NCBI GenBank assembly: GCA_030637365.1 | Contig: DAOWGR010000007.1 | Location: 1-35,644, forward strand | Source: Elusimicrobiota bacterium | Lineage (GTDB): Bacteria; Elusimicrobiota; Elusimicrobia; Elusimicrobiales; UBA9959 | DNA: 35,644 nucleotides | Direction of reading: 5' to 3' | Part shown: positions 1 through 8,220 of the stretch, piece by piece | Layout of the letters: each line of letters opens with the position of its first letter | Position numbering within the stretch: the stretch's first letter is position 1 | Translations under genes and position numbers: made by a program | Notes under the pieces: model-generated | What the model saw: only the letters and a program-made list of their open reading frames with translations | Told to the model about the DNA's origin: nothing | Database searches by the model: none

Positions 1-4
1 GGCG

Positions 5-123
5 TGGCAGGTGTGTTTGCTAAGCAAGGCCGTTCGGAAGCCGACTTTGGGCATGCGGGAGGCTGAGATACGGAGAGGCGCAGTACTAAGCGACCTCGGT
101 CTTGTGTGTAAATATACCTGCCA
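5..123 (+). repeat. Long hairpin with GGCAGGT...ACCTGCC termini enclosing a GC-rich ~87-nt interior; its termini resemble those of the intergenic hairpin family
   Basis: Positions 5-20 (tggcaggtgtgtttgc) pair with 108-123 (gtgtaaatatacctgcca): 13 Watson-Crick pairs plus 3 G.U. The termini match those of the element at 25937-26050. The interior is clearly more GC-rich than its surroundings. It lies at the window edge, so upstream context is unknown. Confidence 0.4.
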
Positions 124-290
124 TGACTCAAAACAATATCTTAAAAGCTTGGTCTTACAGGTAAATATTGAAATTTGTGTTTCTTTAAAAAATCCTTAGC
201 CAATATAAGGAAATGCCTGATGAATTTAGTAGAATTGTTTTATAGGTAGTATGAGATTTGGAGTAAATAACTAAAATATTAAGGAGCGGT

Positions 291-878
291 ATGCTTAAAA
301 TAACGGCTTTTAATGGAAGTGCGCGTAAAAACGGAAATACCGCCATACTTCTAAATGCGGTCTTGGCGGAGATGAGGGAGCAAGGTTTTGAAACAGAATT
401 GGTGCAACTGGCGGGTAAACCGCTACGGGGATGCGCGGCGTGTGACGGTTGTGTTAAGAGGAAGGATAAAAAATGTGTTCTGCCGGACGACGGATTTAAT
501 GGTTATATGGAGAAGATGGTTGCTTCGGCCGGAATAATTATAGGGTCTCCTACTTATTTCGCAGATGTTAGCAGCGAGACCAAGGCGCTTATAGACAGGG
601 CCGGCTATGTCAGTATGGCTAATGGCGGACTCTTAAAGCGTAAAGCGGGAGCTGCGGTGGTGGCGGTTCGGCGCGGTGGGGCCATTCATGCTTTTGATAC
701 AATAAATCATCTCTTTACCATAAGCCAGATGATAATTCCAGGGGCTGATTATTGGAATATGGGAGTGGGGCGGGCTATAGGTGAAGTAAAGGGTGATGAG
801 GAAGGAATGACCTCTATGAAAGTTCTGGGTGAAAATATGGCATGGTTGCTTTTAAAATTGCACGGCCTGAAGCGGTAG
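291..878 (+). CDS. Flavodoxin-like NADPH-dependent FMN reductase family protein, iron-sulfur flavoprotein (Isf)-like
   Basis: 195-aa ORF. It has FMN_red-type motifs ITAFNGSARKNGNT and IIIGSPTYFADVS. A compact Cys motif C-x2-C-x2-C-x7-C (GCAACDGCVKRKDKKC) is typical of Isf proteins. An AAGGAG SD sits 4 nt upstream of the ATG. Confidence 0.8.
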   Translation: MLKITAFNGSARKNGNTAILLNAVLAEMREQGFETELVQLAGKPLRGCAACDGCVKRKDKKCVLPDDGFNGYMEKMVASAGIIIGSPTYFADVSSETKALIDRAGYVSMANGGLLKRKAGAAVVAVRRGGAIHAFDTINHLFTISQMIIPGADYWNMGVGRAIGEVKGDEEGMTSMKVLGENMAWLLLKLHGLKR

Positions 879-1256
879 AGTGAAATTTTATCAATAATTC
901 GGTTAAATATGTATTTAAGGGTTATTTGCACAGAGTTGGCAGTTTAGGGTGTTTTCAAAGCAGTAGGATTTGGGTTAGATTTGTAGCTGGTGACTGGTGA
1001 CTTTGAAACTTGTGACTTGTTTTTATGTGGGTGGTTTGCTACAATTATAACTGTGTAACCAAACCCTTATGTTCTTTTAGAATTTATTAGCACTTTAATA
1101 CCGTCGTTTTAGGTTCCAATATTTTGGTAGTACGGTATAACTTCCGACACTTATTTTGTGACGGCAGCGCCCTATAGAAAGGTCGGCCTTAAATTCCATC
1201 TTTCTGCGGGCAAAAAACCTAAGATTACAAAAACAGCAGTCGTATTAAACTAAACG

Positions 1257-1285
1257 CTGGCGCCGCGCGCGCCGGTTGTTTTGTG
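1257..1285 (+). terminator. GC-rich stem-loop followed by a T-rich tract; candidate intrinsic terminator or leader attenuator 54 nt upstream of rplC
   Basis: Stem 1257-1264 pairs with 1268-1275 (ctggcgcc / ggcgccgg: 7 Watson-Crick pairs plus 1 U.G) around a GCG triloop. It is followed by ttgttttgtgtgcattttttt. Confidence 0.4.
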
Positions 1286-1338
1286 TGCATTTTTTTATAT
1301 TTGGACATTTTATATAGAGCGGTTCAGGAGCAGGATAT

Positions 1339-2178
1339 ATGACAGAAGAAAATAAAGATAAGAAAGAAGAAATTCCATCCGTCGCCAAGGCTATGGATGG
1401 CAAGTCAGCCGACGCTAAGCCCGTCGAGAATGCTTCGGATAAAACCGCTGAAGTCGCTGAAAAAGAACAGCCCAAGGTTGAAAAGATAGGCAATTTGCCC
1501 GCCAATTTTAAGATTGCTATCGGCAAAAAAACCGGAATGACGCAGCTTTTTGATGAAGAGGGAAATATGAATTCCGCCACTATCATAAAAACCGGTTCTT
1601 GCAAGGTCGTTTATACCAGAGAGAAAAGCAGAGACGGCTATACCGCCGTGTGCTTGGGTTTTGACGAGATAGCGGAAAGAAAACTTAATAAAGCGGCAAA
1701 GGGCATTTTTAAGAAACATAATACCGCTCCCGTCAGGCATATGAAAGAATTTAGAGTTCCCTCCACCGAAGGTGTTAAATCGGGACAGCCTGTTGTTTTA
1801 ACCGATATGTTTAAAGAAGGGGAATATATCAATGTTCAGGGCGTATCCAAAGGAAAAGGATTTGCCGGAGCGATGAAAAGACATAATTTTGCCGGAAGTG
1901 AAGCCGGTCACGGAGCCTCCAATAGAGAGAGAGCTCCCGGTTCAATAGCTTCAAGAAGATCTCTCGGCAGAGTAATTCCCGGGCAAAGAATGGCCGGACA
2001 TATGGGTGTTGAAACCGTAACCATGGAGAAGGTTAAAGTTTTAAAAATAGATTCAAATGAAAGTGTAATTTATTTGAACAGTAGCGTGCCGGGAGCTATG
2101 GGCAGCATTGTTTATTTGGTGGAAACCACCAAGGCGCAGCCAAAGCCTAAAGTAAAAGCTAAGGGTAAAAAGAAATAA
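1339..2178 (+). CDS. rplC: 50S ribosomal protein L3, with a ~57-aa disordered N-terminal extension and a Lys-rich C-terminal tail
   Basis: L3 core motifs are present: IGKKTGMTQLFDEEGN, VQGVSKGKGFAGAMKRHNF, RAPGSIASRRSLGRVIPGQRMAGHMG. An AGGAGCAGG SD lies upstream of ATG 1339. It has the canonical position before rplD. Confidence 0.96.
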   Translation: MTEENKDKKEEIPSVAKAMDGKSADAKPVENASDKTAEVAEKEQPKVEKIGNLPANFKIAIGKKTGMTQLFDEEGNMNSATIIKTGSCKVVYTREKSRDGYTAVCLGFDEIAERKLNKAAKGIFKKHNTAPVRHMKEFRVPSTEGVKSGQPVVLTDMFKEGEYINVQGVSKGKGFAGAMKRHNFAGSEAGHGASNRERAPGSIASRRSLGRVIPGQRMAGHMGVETVTMEKVKVLKIDSNESVIYLNSSVPGAMGSIVYLVETTKAQPKPKVKAKGKKK

Positions 2179-2184
2179 AAAAAA

Positions 2185-2298
2185 GCAGGTTAAGATTAAG
2201 ATTAAGGCTGAGGTTGAGAACGGCAAAATTAGGCGAATAAATTTAAATGGATGGGTTTTAGTTTTTTTCTTGGTCTTGACCTAAATCTCAAACTGCAG
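2185..2298 (+). repeat. Intergenic hexamer-repeat hairpin element, copy A (rplC-rplD spacer)
   Basis: The left arm gcaggttaagattaagattaaggctgagg pairs with the right arm tcttggtcttgacctaaatctcaaactgc. Of 29 positions, 20 are Watson-Crick, 5 are G.U and 4 are mismatches. It starts 7 nt after the rplC stop and ends 16 nt before the rplD ATG. Confidence 0.6.
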
Positions 2299-2313
2299 TA
2301 AATAGGGATATTT

Positions 2314-2964
2314 ATGGAAACAAAACTTTTAAGCATTAACGGGCAGGAAGTGGGGAAATGTGAAATTCCCAAGGAAATATTTTCAAGGAAAGTGGACGCT
2401 CATTTTCTTCATGAGTTGGTTAAATATTATCTTGCCAATAAAAGAAGGGGCACGGCTCAAGCTAAAAAAAGAAATGAAGTGTCCGGAGGCGGGAAAAAGC
2501 CGTGGAAGCAAAAAGGCACCGGCAGAGCCAGACACGGAAGCAATCGCTCTCCTTTATGGAGAGGCGGCGGTGTTGTTTTTGGTCCGCGCGCTCATTCTTT
2601 TAAACTGGATATGCCAAAGACAAAAAGAAGAGCGGCTTTATTGGAAGCTCTTTCGTCCAAATACGCGGATGGCGCGATAACGGTTGTTGATAATTTGGAT
2701 ATCACGGAAGCCAAAACCAAGCAGGTTAGGGGAATTTTTAAAGCGCTGAAAATTGAATGCAAAAAAGTTTTATTTGTTTCCGATGAGCCCAATGATAAGT
2801 TCTCTCTCGCCTCAAGAAATATGAAAGAAGTTTCATGGACTTTGGCGAGAAATATAAATGCTTATGAAATTTTAAGGGCTCGCGCGATTATTTTTACCAT
2901 AGCGGGAATGAAAGATTTAACGGAGTTTTTAAATCCTAAAGCAGAGAAAGTTTCAGCTAAATAA
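2314..2964 (+). CDS. rplD: 50S ribosomal protein L4
   Basis: Carries the motif GGGKKPWKQKGTGRARHGSNRSPLWRGGGVVFGP and sits in canonical order after rplC. Confidence 0.96.
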   Translation: METKLLSINGQEVGKCEIPKEIFSRKVDAHFLHELVKYYLANKRRGTAQAKKRNEVSGGGKKPWKQKGTGRARHGSNRSPLWRGGGVVFGPRAHSFKLDMPKTKRRAALLEALSSKYADGAITVVDNLDITEAKTKQVRGIFKALKIECKKVLFVSDEPNDKFSLASRNMKEVSWTLARNINAYEILRARAIIFTIAGMKDLTEFLNPKAEKVSAK

Positions 2965-2992
2965 TTTGTTAGAGATGTAACGGAGGATGGTC

Positions 2993-3289
2993 ATGAGTAA
3001 ATCTATTTTAAGAGTTCTTTTGTCTCCTATTTTGAGCGAGAAGAGCGTTACTTTGAAAGATAAAGAAAACAGATATTCTTTTAAGGTTGACACAAAAGCC
3101 AATAAGATTGAGATAAAGAAAGCCGTGGAAACGGTGTTTAAAGTTAAGGTTGAAAAGGTTCGCACGCTTAACTCTCACGGTAAAATGCATAGAGTTGGAA
3201 GATATCAGGGCCTGCGTTCGGATTGGAAAAAAGCGTTTGTAACCGTTAAAAAGGGTCAGAAAATAGATTTAACTTCTTTGCCTAAGTAA
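2993..3289 (+). CDS. rplW: 50S ribosomal protein L23
   Basis: L23-like sequence LSPILSEKSVTL...FKVDTKANKIEIKKAVETVFKVKV. The ORF opens at ATG 2987, but the GGAGG SD (2982-2986) is properly spaced (6 nt) only for ATG 2993. Confidence 0.93.
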   Translation: MSKSILRVLLSPILSEKSVTLKDKENRYSFKVDTKANKIEIKKAVETVFKVKVEKVRTLNSHGKMHRVGRYQGLRSDWKKAFVTVKKGQKIDLTSLPK

Positions 3290-3373
3290 TTAGAGTTCGG
3301 AGTTTACCATGGGATAAACCCATGGTACCCTGATGTATATCAGGGTAGAGTTGAAAGAAGAGAGGAGTTTTTT

Positions 3374-4207
3374 ATGCCAGTGAAATCATTTAAAGCGTAT
3401 ACACCGTCAAGAAGAACCATAACCGTTAGTGATTTTTCGGATATTACAAGAACCGTGCCTGAAAAAAGTCTTTTGGTGGGACTTAGGAAAAAGGGCGGTC
3501 GAAATAATACGGGAAGAATCATGGTCAGGCACCATGGCGGAGGACATAAGAGAAGCTATAGGATAATAGATTTCAAAAGAAATAAGTCGGGCATTCCCGC
3601 GAAAGTGTTTTCCATAGAGTATGATCCCAATAGAAGCGCCAGAATCGCTCTTCTCCATTATGTGGATGGGGAAAAGCGCTATATCATAGCTCCCAATGGT
3701 TTGAAAGTCGGTGAAAAGCTTATGAGCGGTCCGGACGCGGATATTAAAGTCGGAAACGCGCTGCCTCTTTCCGCCATTCCCGAAGGAACTTTTATACACG
3801 CTATAGAAATGCAGCCGGGAAGGGGCGCTCAATTCGCGCGCTCTGCCGGCACTCAATCTCAGCTTATGGCTAAAGAGGGCAAATACGCTTCAATTAAGAT
3901 GCCTTCCGGCGAAATAAGAAAAGTTTTGAAAAAATGTTTTGCCACCATCGGTCAGGTGAGTAATACCGAGCATAATACCATAACCATAGGAAATGCCGGA
4001 AGAAACAGGCATCGCGGCATAAGGCCCACTGTCCGAGGCACCGCCATGAACGCTTGCGACCATCCATTGGGCGGAGGCAGAGGTCGTTCAAAGGGTAACA
4101 ATGTTCCTCGGTCTCCATGGAATCAGCCGTCAAAAGGTTATAAAACCAGGAATCCGAGTAAGATTTGGAGTTGGATGATTGTTCAGGATAGAAGAAAAAA
4201 GAAATAA
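3374..4207 (+). CDS. rplB: 50S ribosomal protein L2
   Basis: Carries motifs [28 protein letters not shown] and [12 protein letters not shown], in canonical order. Confidence 0.97.
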   Translation: MPVKSFKAYTPSRRTITVSDFSDITRTVPEKSLLVGLRKKGGRNNTGRIMVRHHGGGHKRSYRIIDFKRNKSGIPAKVFSIEYDPNRSARIALLHYVDGEKRYIIAPNGLKVGEKLMSGPDADIKVGNALPLSAIPEGTFIHAIEMQPGRGAQFARSAGTQSQLMAKEGKYASIKMPSGEIRKVLKKCFATIGQVSNTEHNTITIGNAGRNRHRGIRPTVRGTAMNACDHPLGGGRGRSKGNNVPRSPWNQPSKGYKTRNPSKIWSWMIVQDRRKKK

Positions 4208-4290
4208 AAACAGAGTAAGAAACGGCGTAAATACGGGAAGACGGTGATAAGTTGATACGGAGACCCAAAGAGTAATAAGGAGAAAAATTT

Positions 4291-4575
4291 ATGAGCAGGT
4301 CGTCAAAAAAAGGTCCTTTTGTGGATATAAAGCTTCTCGCGAAAGTGCAGAAGATGAATCCGGAAGAGAAAAAAATTATTAAAACATGGTCCAGAGCTTG
4401 CACTATTGTTCCCGAGTTTATCGGACACACATTCGCGGTGCATAATGGCCGTAAGTTTTTACCGGTTTATGTTACCGACAGAATGGTTGGACACAAGCTT
4501 GGAGAATTTTCATTTACCAGATTGTTCAAAGGTCATGGCGTGTCTCACACTAAGGGAACCGCTGATTTGAAATAA
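4291..4575 (+). CDS. rpsS: 30S ribosomal protein S19
   Basis: Carries [12 protein letters not shown]...[44 protein letters not shown]. An AAGGAG SD lies upstream. Confidence 0.97.
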   Translation: MSRSSKKGPFVDIKLLAKVQKMNPEEKKIIKTWSRACTIVPEFIGHTFAVHNGRKFLPVYVTDRMVGHKLGEFSFTRLFKGHGVSHTKGTADLK

Positions 4576-4690
4576 GGAGGATAGTAAATTGGAGAAACAA
4601 GAAGTAAGAAGCAAGATTTATATGGAGTTCCGTATTTATCTTCCGCCAATGAAGCGTGGCGGGTCCGTCGAAGAAGTAATGGCGGAGATT

Positions 4691-4718
4691 TCTGACCTCT
4701 GACCTCTGAATTACTGAT
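4691..4718 (+). repeat. Four tandem heptamers (tctgacc tctgacc tctgaat tactgat) immediately upstream of rplV
   Basis: Read directly from the sequence. The repeat ends 6 nt before the rplV ATG (4725), which has no recognisable SD. Confidence 0.5.
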
Positions 4719-4724
4719 TTAACT

Positions 4725-5081
4725 ATGGAAGCAAAATGCTATTTGAAATATCAAAGATACGGAACAAGAAAAGTAGGCCAGGTTTTAACTAAGGTTAAGG
4801 GAAAAACTTTATATGAGGCCGAGCAAATATTAAAATTTATATCCAAGCGTCCATCAGATATAGTTCACAAAGCCGTGATGTCGGCCGGGGCTAATTTATC
4901 GGTTAAACTCGGCAAAAAAGTGGATTTAAAGTCTGTTTGGATAACAACCGCGTATTCGTGCATGGGCTCTATGAAGGCTTTGAGGCGTTTTAACGCGGGA
5001 CCAATGGGCAGAGCGATGCCGTTTAAAAGAAGCATGTGTCATATAACGGTTATAGTGTCCGATTCTAAAGAGGTTAAATAA
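4725..5081 (+). CDS. rplV: 50S ribosomal protein L22
   Basis: L22-like sequence (YQRYGTRKVGQVLTKVKGKTLYEAEQILKF...RAMPFKRSMCHITVIV). It sits between rpsS and rpsC. No SD is present. Confidence 0.93.
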   Translation: MEAKCYLKYQRYGTRKVGQVLTKVKGKTLYEAEQILKFISKRPSDIVHKAVMSAGANLSVKLGKKVDLKSVWITTAYSCMGSMKALRRFNAGPMGRAMPFKRSMCHITVIVSDSKEVK

Positions 5082-5082
5082 T

Positions 5083-5817
5083 ATGGGTCAAAAAATTCAT
5101 CCTAAAGGTATTCGTCTGGGGTATATTCAAGACTGGAGTTCCAGATGGTTTTCTCCCAAGCATATGCCGGAATTGATTCGTGAAGATTATGAAATAAGAA
5201 ATATGATTAAGGACAGATTTCATTTGGCTTCCGTTAGCCGGGTTGATATTGAAAGAGCCGGTTCTTTTCTTAAGCTTACCATTCATACCGCCAGGCCCGG
5301 AATTGTCATAGGCCGAAGAGGCATTGATATTGAAAATCTTAAAAAAGATATTGAAAAATTAACTTCCAGAAAATTTTTTGTGAATGTCGCGGAAATAAAA
5401 AAACCGGAGCTTGATGCCATGCTTGTCGGTCAGTCCATCGCTTTTCAAATAGAAAAAAGAATCGCTTATAAAAGAGCGATGAAAAGGGCTATGGAAAGAA
5501 CCATGCAAAGCGGAGCTTTGGGGATAAAAGTTATGGTCTCCGGTCGTTTGGGAGGCAATGAAATAGCGCGCAGGGAATGGCTGAGAAAAGGAAGAGTTCC
5601 TCTTCAGACTTTTTCCGCGGATATAGACTATGGTTTTGTGGAAGCCAATACGGTGATGGGTAAAATAGGCGTAAAGGTTTGGATATTTAGAAAGCTTGTT
5701 TTCGCCAAAACCAGAAAGGATTTGGTAAATCAACTTAAAGAGTTTGAAACTCAGGAATCATCCGTTGACGGCAATATCGGCGGAGCAAAGCAAACGGAAG
5801 AAGCCAAGAAAGAATAA
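5083..5817 (+). CDS. rpsC: 30S ribosomal protein S3 (acidic C-terminal tail)
   Basis: Carries [23 protein letters not shown], a KH domain, and [13 protein letters not shown]. It starts 1 nt after the rplV stop. Confidence 0.97.
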   Translation: MGQKIHPKGIRLGYIQDWSSRWFSPKHMPELIREDYEIRNMIKDRFHLASVSRVDIERAGSFLKLTIHTARPGIVIGRRGIDIENLKKDIEKLTSRKFFVNVAEIKKPELDAMLVGQSIAFQIEKRIAYKRAMKRAMERTMQSGALGIKVMVSGRLGGNEIARREWLRKGRVPLQTFSADIDYGFVEANTVMGKIGVKVWIFRKLVFAKTRKDLVNQLKEFETQESSVDGNIGGAKQTEEAKKE

Positions 5818-5843
5818 ATTTTTGCATAAGGAGTGTGAGTTTT

Positions 5844-6257
5844 ATGTTAATGCCTAAGAGAGTAAAGTATAGAAAACCTCAAACAAAGCCGAAGATAAAA
5901 GGAACGGCTAAGGGGGGAACGGAGATTTTATTCGGACAGTACGGTTTAAAGGCCGTTCAGCCCAGATGGATAACTTCAAGACAGATAGAGTCTTGCCGTA
6001 TCGCCATAATGAGACGGGTAAGAAAAAAAGGGAAGATGTGGATAAGAATATTTCCGGATAAATGCATTACAAAACATCCCGCCGAAACAAGAATGGGAAA
6101 AGGAAAAGGCGCGCCGGATCATTGGGTCGCTGTCGTTAAGCCCGGAAGAATAATGTTTGAGCTGGAAGGTTTGAGCCTTGAAGAGGCCAAAGACACTATG
6201 ATCAAAGCCAGCGCGAAGCTTCCGATAAAAACCAAGTTAGTTGTGAGAGAAGATTAA
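5844..6257 (+). CDS. rplP: 50S ribosomal protein L16
   Basis: The canonical N-terminus [13 protein letters not shown] begins at ATG 5844, with an AAGGAG SD 10 nt upstream. The track ORF opens at an upstream GTG (5835). Confidence 0.96.
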   Translation: MLMPKRVKYRKPQTKPKIKGTAKGGTEILFGQYGLKAVQPRWITSRQIESCRIAIMRRVRKKGKMWIRIFPDKCITKHPAETRMGKGKGAPDHWVAVVKPGRIMFELEGLSLEEAKDTMIKASAKLPIKTKLVVRED

Positions 6258-6259
6258 TT

Positions 6260-6490
6260 ATGAAGAGAAAAGACAAAGAAAACTTAAAAAACATGTCATC
6301 CGCAGAGCTTGAGTCTCATATTAGAGATTTGGAGAAAAAACTTTTTCAAATGAAATTCAAAAGAGTTTCGGCTCCGCTTGAAAATCCTTTGGAAATAAGA
6401 AGCATTAGGAGAGAAATGTCCATGGTGCGGACATGGCTGAAGGAAAAAGAAACAGCTAAAGCTAAAACAGAGGTAACTGCTAATGGATGA
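6260..6490 (+). CDS. rpmC: 50S ribosomal protein L29
   Basis: Small helical protein (LKNMSSAELESHIRDLEKKLFQMKFK) in the canonical position. It starts 2 nt after the rplP stop. Confidence 0.93.
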   Translation: MKRKDKENLKNMSSAELESHIRDLEKKLFQMKFKRVSAPLENPLEIRSIRREMSMVRTWLKEKETAKAKTEVTANG

Positions 6491-6764
6491 GAACAAAGAA
6501 AAGACGGCGGAAAGAAATAAAAGAAAAACGGTTCAGGGAATCGTGGTGTCTGATAAAATGAATAAGACCCGCGTTGTCAGTGTTGAAAGAATTATTAAGC
6601 ATCCTTTTTATAAAAAGACGCAGAGAAGGCATTCAAAATTTTACGCTCATGACGAAGCAAATGAATCATTGAGCGGCGATTTGGTCGAGATTATGAGCGT
6701 TAAACCTCAATCAAAACTTAAAAAATGGAGAATTACGCGAATTATCACCAAAGCAAATAAGTAA
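6483..6764 (+). CDS. rpsQ: 30S ribosomal protein S17
   Basis: Carries TVQGIVVSDKMNKTRVVSVERIIKHPFYKK...HDEANESLSGDLVEI. It overlaps rpmC by 8 nt. Confidence 0.95.
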   Translation: MDENKEKTAERNKRKTVQGIVVSDKMNKTRVVSVERIIKHPFYKKTQRRHSKFYAHDEANESLSGDLVEIMSVKPQSKLKKWRITRIITKANK

Positions 6765-6850
6765 TCTTTTTGCGGATTTCGGAGTAATATCCGGACAGGC
6801 GAGTTTGCGGTTGCAGGCAAAATAAGCGTATTTGATTTTGGAGAATTACT

Positions 6851-7219
6851 ATGATAATGTTAAGAACAATATGCAATGTGGCGGATAATTCGGGAGCCAG
6901 AAAAGTGCAGTGCTTTAAAGTCCTCGGCGGAAGTGTCAGGAGATACGCTTCTTTAGGGGATATTTGCGTCTGCTCCGTTAAAGATGTTTTGCCCAATACC
7001 GCTATTAAAAAGGGCGAGGTTGTTAAAGCGGTGGTCGTGAGAATAAAAAAAGAAAAAAGACGCAGAGACGGCTCGTACATAAGATTTGATGATAATGCCG
7101 TATGTATTTTGGACGCCAATGGCGATCCGAAAGGCACGCGCGTTTTTGGTCCTGTGGCGCGAGAGCTTAGAGCCAAGAATTTTCTTAAAATAGTTTCATT
7201 GGCGCCGGAAGTAATTTAG
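6851..7219 (+). CDS. rplN: 50S ribosomal protein L14
   Basis: Carries [25 protein letters not shown]...[12 protein letters not shown], in canonical order. Confidence 0.97.
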   Translation: MIMLRTICNVADNSGARKVQCFKVLGGSVRRYASLGDICVCSVKDVLPNTAIKKGEVVKAVVVRIKKEKRRRDGSYIRFDDNAVCILDANGDPKGTRVFGPVARELRAKNFLKIVSLAPEVI

Positions 7220-7242
7220 CGTTTCTCTAAGGATAAAATATT

Positions 7243-7554
7243 ATGTTTAAATTAAAAAAGAAGGACAAAGTTGTGGTTATAGTCGGAGCCGATAAGGGCA
7301 AAAAAGGCGAAATCAAGCAGGTTTTCCCGGTTAAAAACAAAGTCGTTGTTATCGGCGTGAATATGCGCACAAAGCATAAAAAGCCGGGAAAAGATAAGCC
7401 GGGCGGAATACATAAGGTTGAAGGGCCCATAGACGCGTCCAATGTCAAAATTATATGCCCAAAATGCGATAAGGGAGTAAAAGTGAAATTCTCCAAAATG
7501 CAAACGGGAGATAAGGTTCGCGTTTGTCGCAAATGCGGCGAGTTGATGATTTAA
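7243..7554 (+). CDS. rplX: 50S ribosomal protein L24 (variant with a C-terminal four-Cys zinc-ribbon-like motif)
   Basis: KOW motif KKDKVVVIVGADKGKKGEIKQV. The C-terminus reads CPKC-x20-CRKC. Confidence 0.94.
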   Translation: MFKLKKKDKVVVIVGADKGKKGEIKQVFPVKNKVVVIGVNMRTKHKKPGKDKPGGIHKVEGPIDASNVKIICPKCDKGVKVKFSKMQTGDKVRVCRKCGELMI

Positions 7555-7579
7555 TTGGTTTAATAAAGGTGGTTTTAAG

Positions 7580-8182
7580 ATGACTAAAGAAAAAGTGAAA
7601 AAAGAAAACGGCGGTGAAAAATATATCTCCAGATTAAAAGATGAATTCAATAAAAAAGTGCTTTCGGCTTTAATGAAAGAATTTAAATATTCATCTTCCA
7701 TGGCGATACCGCGCTTGGATAAAATCGTAATCAATATGGGTATAAATGAAGCCAAGGAAAATATTCAAGCTTTGGATAAAGCTAAAGATGATTTGGCTTC
7801 GGTGACGGGGCAGCTTCCTCAAATAAGACGGGCTAAAGTGTCAATTTCAAATTTTAAGCTCAGAGAAGGAATGCCCATAGGAGTAAAGGTTACTCTTAGA
7901 GGCGATAGAATGTATGATTTTTTTGATAAGTTCGTTTCCATCGCGGTTCCGAGAATAAGAGATTTTCAAGGGTTTAATCCGAAAGCTTTTGATGGAAGCG
8001 GAAATCTTAATATAGGGCTTAAAGAGCATCATATTTTTCCGGAGATTGATATTGAAAGGTCTCCCAAAGCGCAGGGAATGAATATAACTTTTGTCACTAC
8101 CGCGAAAGATAATAAAATGGCGCAGGTATTGCTTAAGTATCTTGGCATGCCTTTTGAGAAGCCTAAAAAAATAAAAGGATAG
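7580..8182 (+). CDS. rplE: 50S ribosomal protein L5
   Basis: Carries IPRLDKIVINMGINEA, FKLREGMPIGVKVTLRGDRMYDF and NIGLKEHHIFPEI. An AAGGTGG SD lies upstream. Confidence 0.97.
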   Translation: MTKEKVKKENGGEKYISRLKDEFNKKVLSALMKEFKYSSSMAIPRLDKIVINMGINEAKENIQALDKAKDDLASVTGQLPQIRRAKVSISNFKLREGMPIGVKVTLRGDRMYDFFDKFVSIAVPRIRDFQGFNPKAFDGSGNLNIGLKEHHIFPEIDIERSPKAQGMNITFVTTAKDNKMAQVLLKYLGMPFEKPKKIKG

Positions 8183-8220
8183 ATTGTTTATCCGCAGAAC
8201 TTACTAAGGAGTAAATAATT

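Noticed and set aside
1-130. Possible FMN (RFN) or TPP riboswitch upstream of the flavoprotein gene (words gaagccgac, gggag, ggctgaga)
   Set aside because: Only short word matches are present. The conserved cores of both riboswitch classes (for example the TPP ACCTGATCTGGATAATGCCAGCG region and the RFN AGGGCAGGGTGAAATTCCC region) are absent. An FMN-reductase-like gene is also not a typical regulon member.
11-199. 62-aa + strand ORF at the window start
   Set aside because: It has a GTG start and no SD, and it matches no protein family I recognise. It overlaps a GC-rich hairpin structure, so non-coding RNA or leader sequence is more likely.
879-1338. tRNA or rpsJ remnant in the 460-nt gap before rplC
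   Set aside because: I found no T-loop (GGTTCGAATCC-like) or cloverleaf. No frame shows S10-like sequence.
2360-2680. Alternative-frame + strand ORFs inside rplD (2360-2680), adk (13131-13415), rpoA (17136-17330) and others
   Set aside because: They are embedded out of frame in genes with strong homology, and no independent signal supports them.
3407-8032. Multiple minus-strand ORFs of 60-180 aa (for example 3407-3856, 3894-4430, 5359-5733, 6745-7176, 7252-7755)
   Set aside because: All are antisense shadows of well-supported ribosomal protein genes. None has recognisable motifs or an SD.
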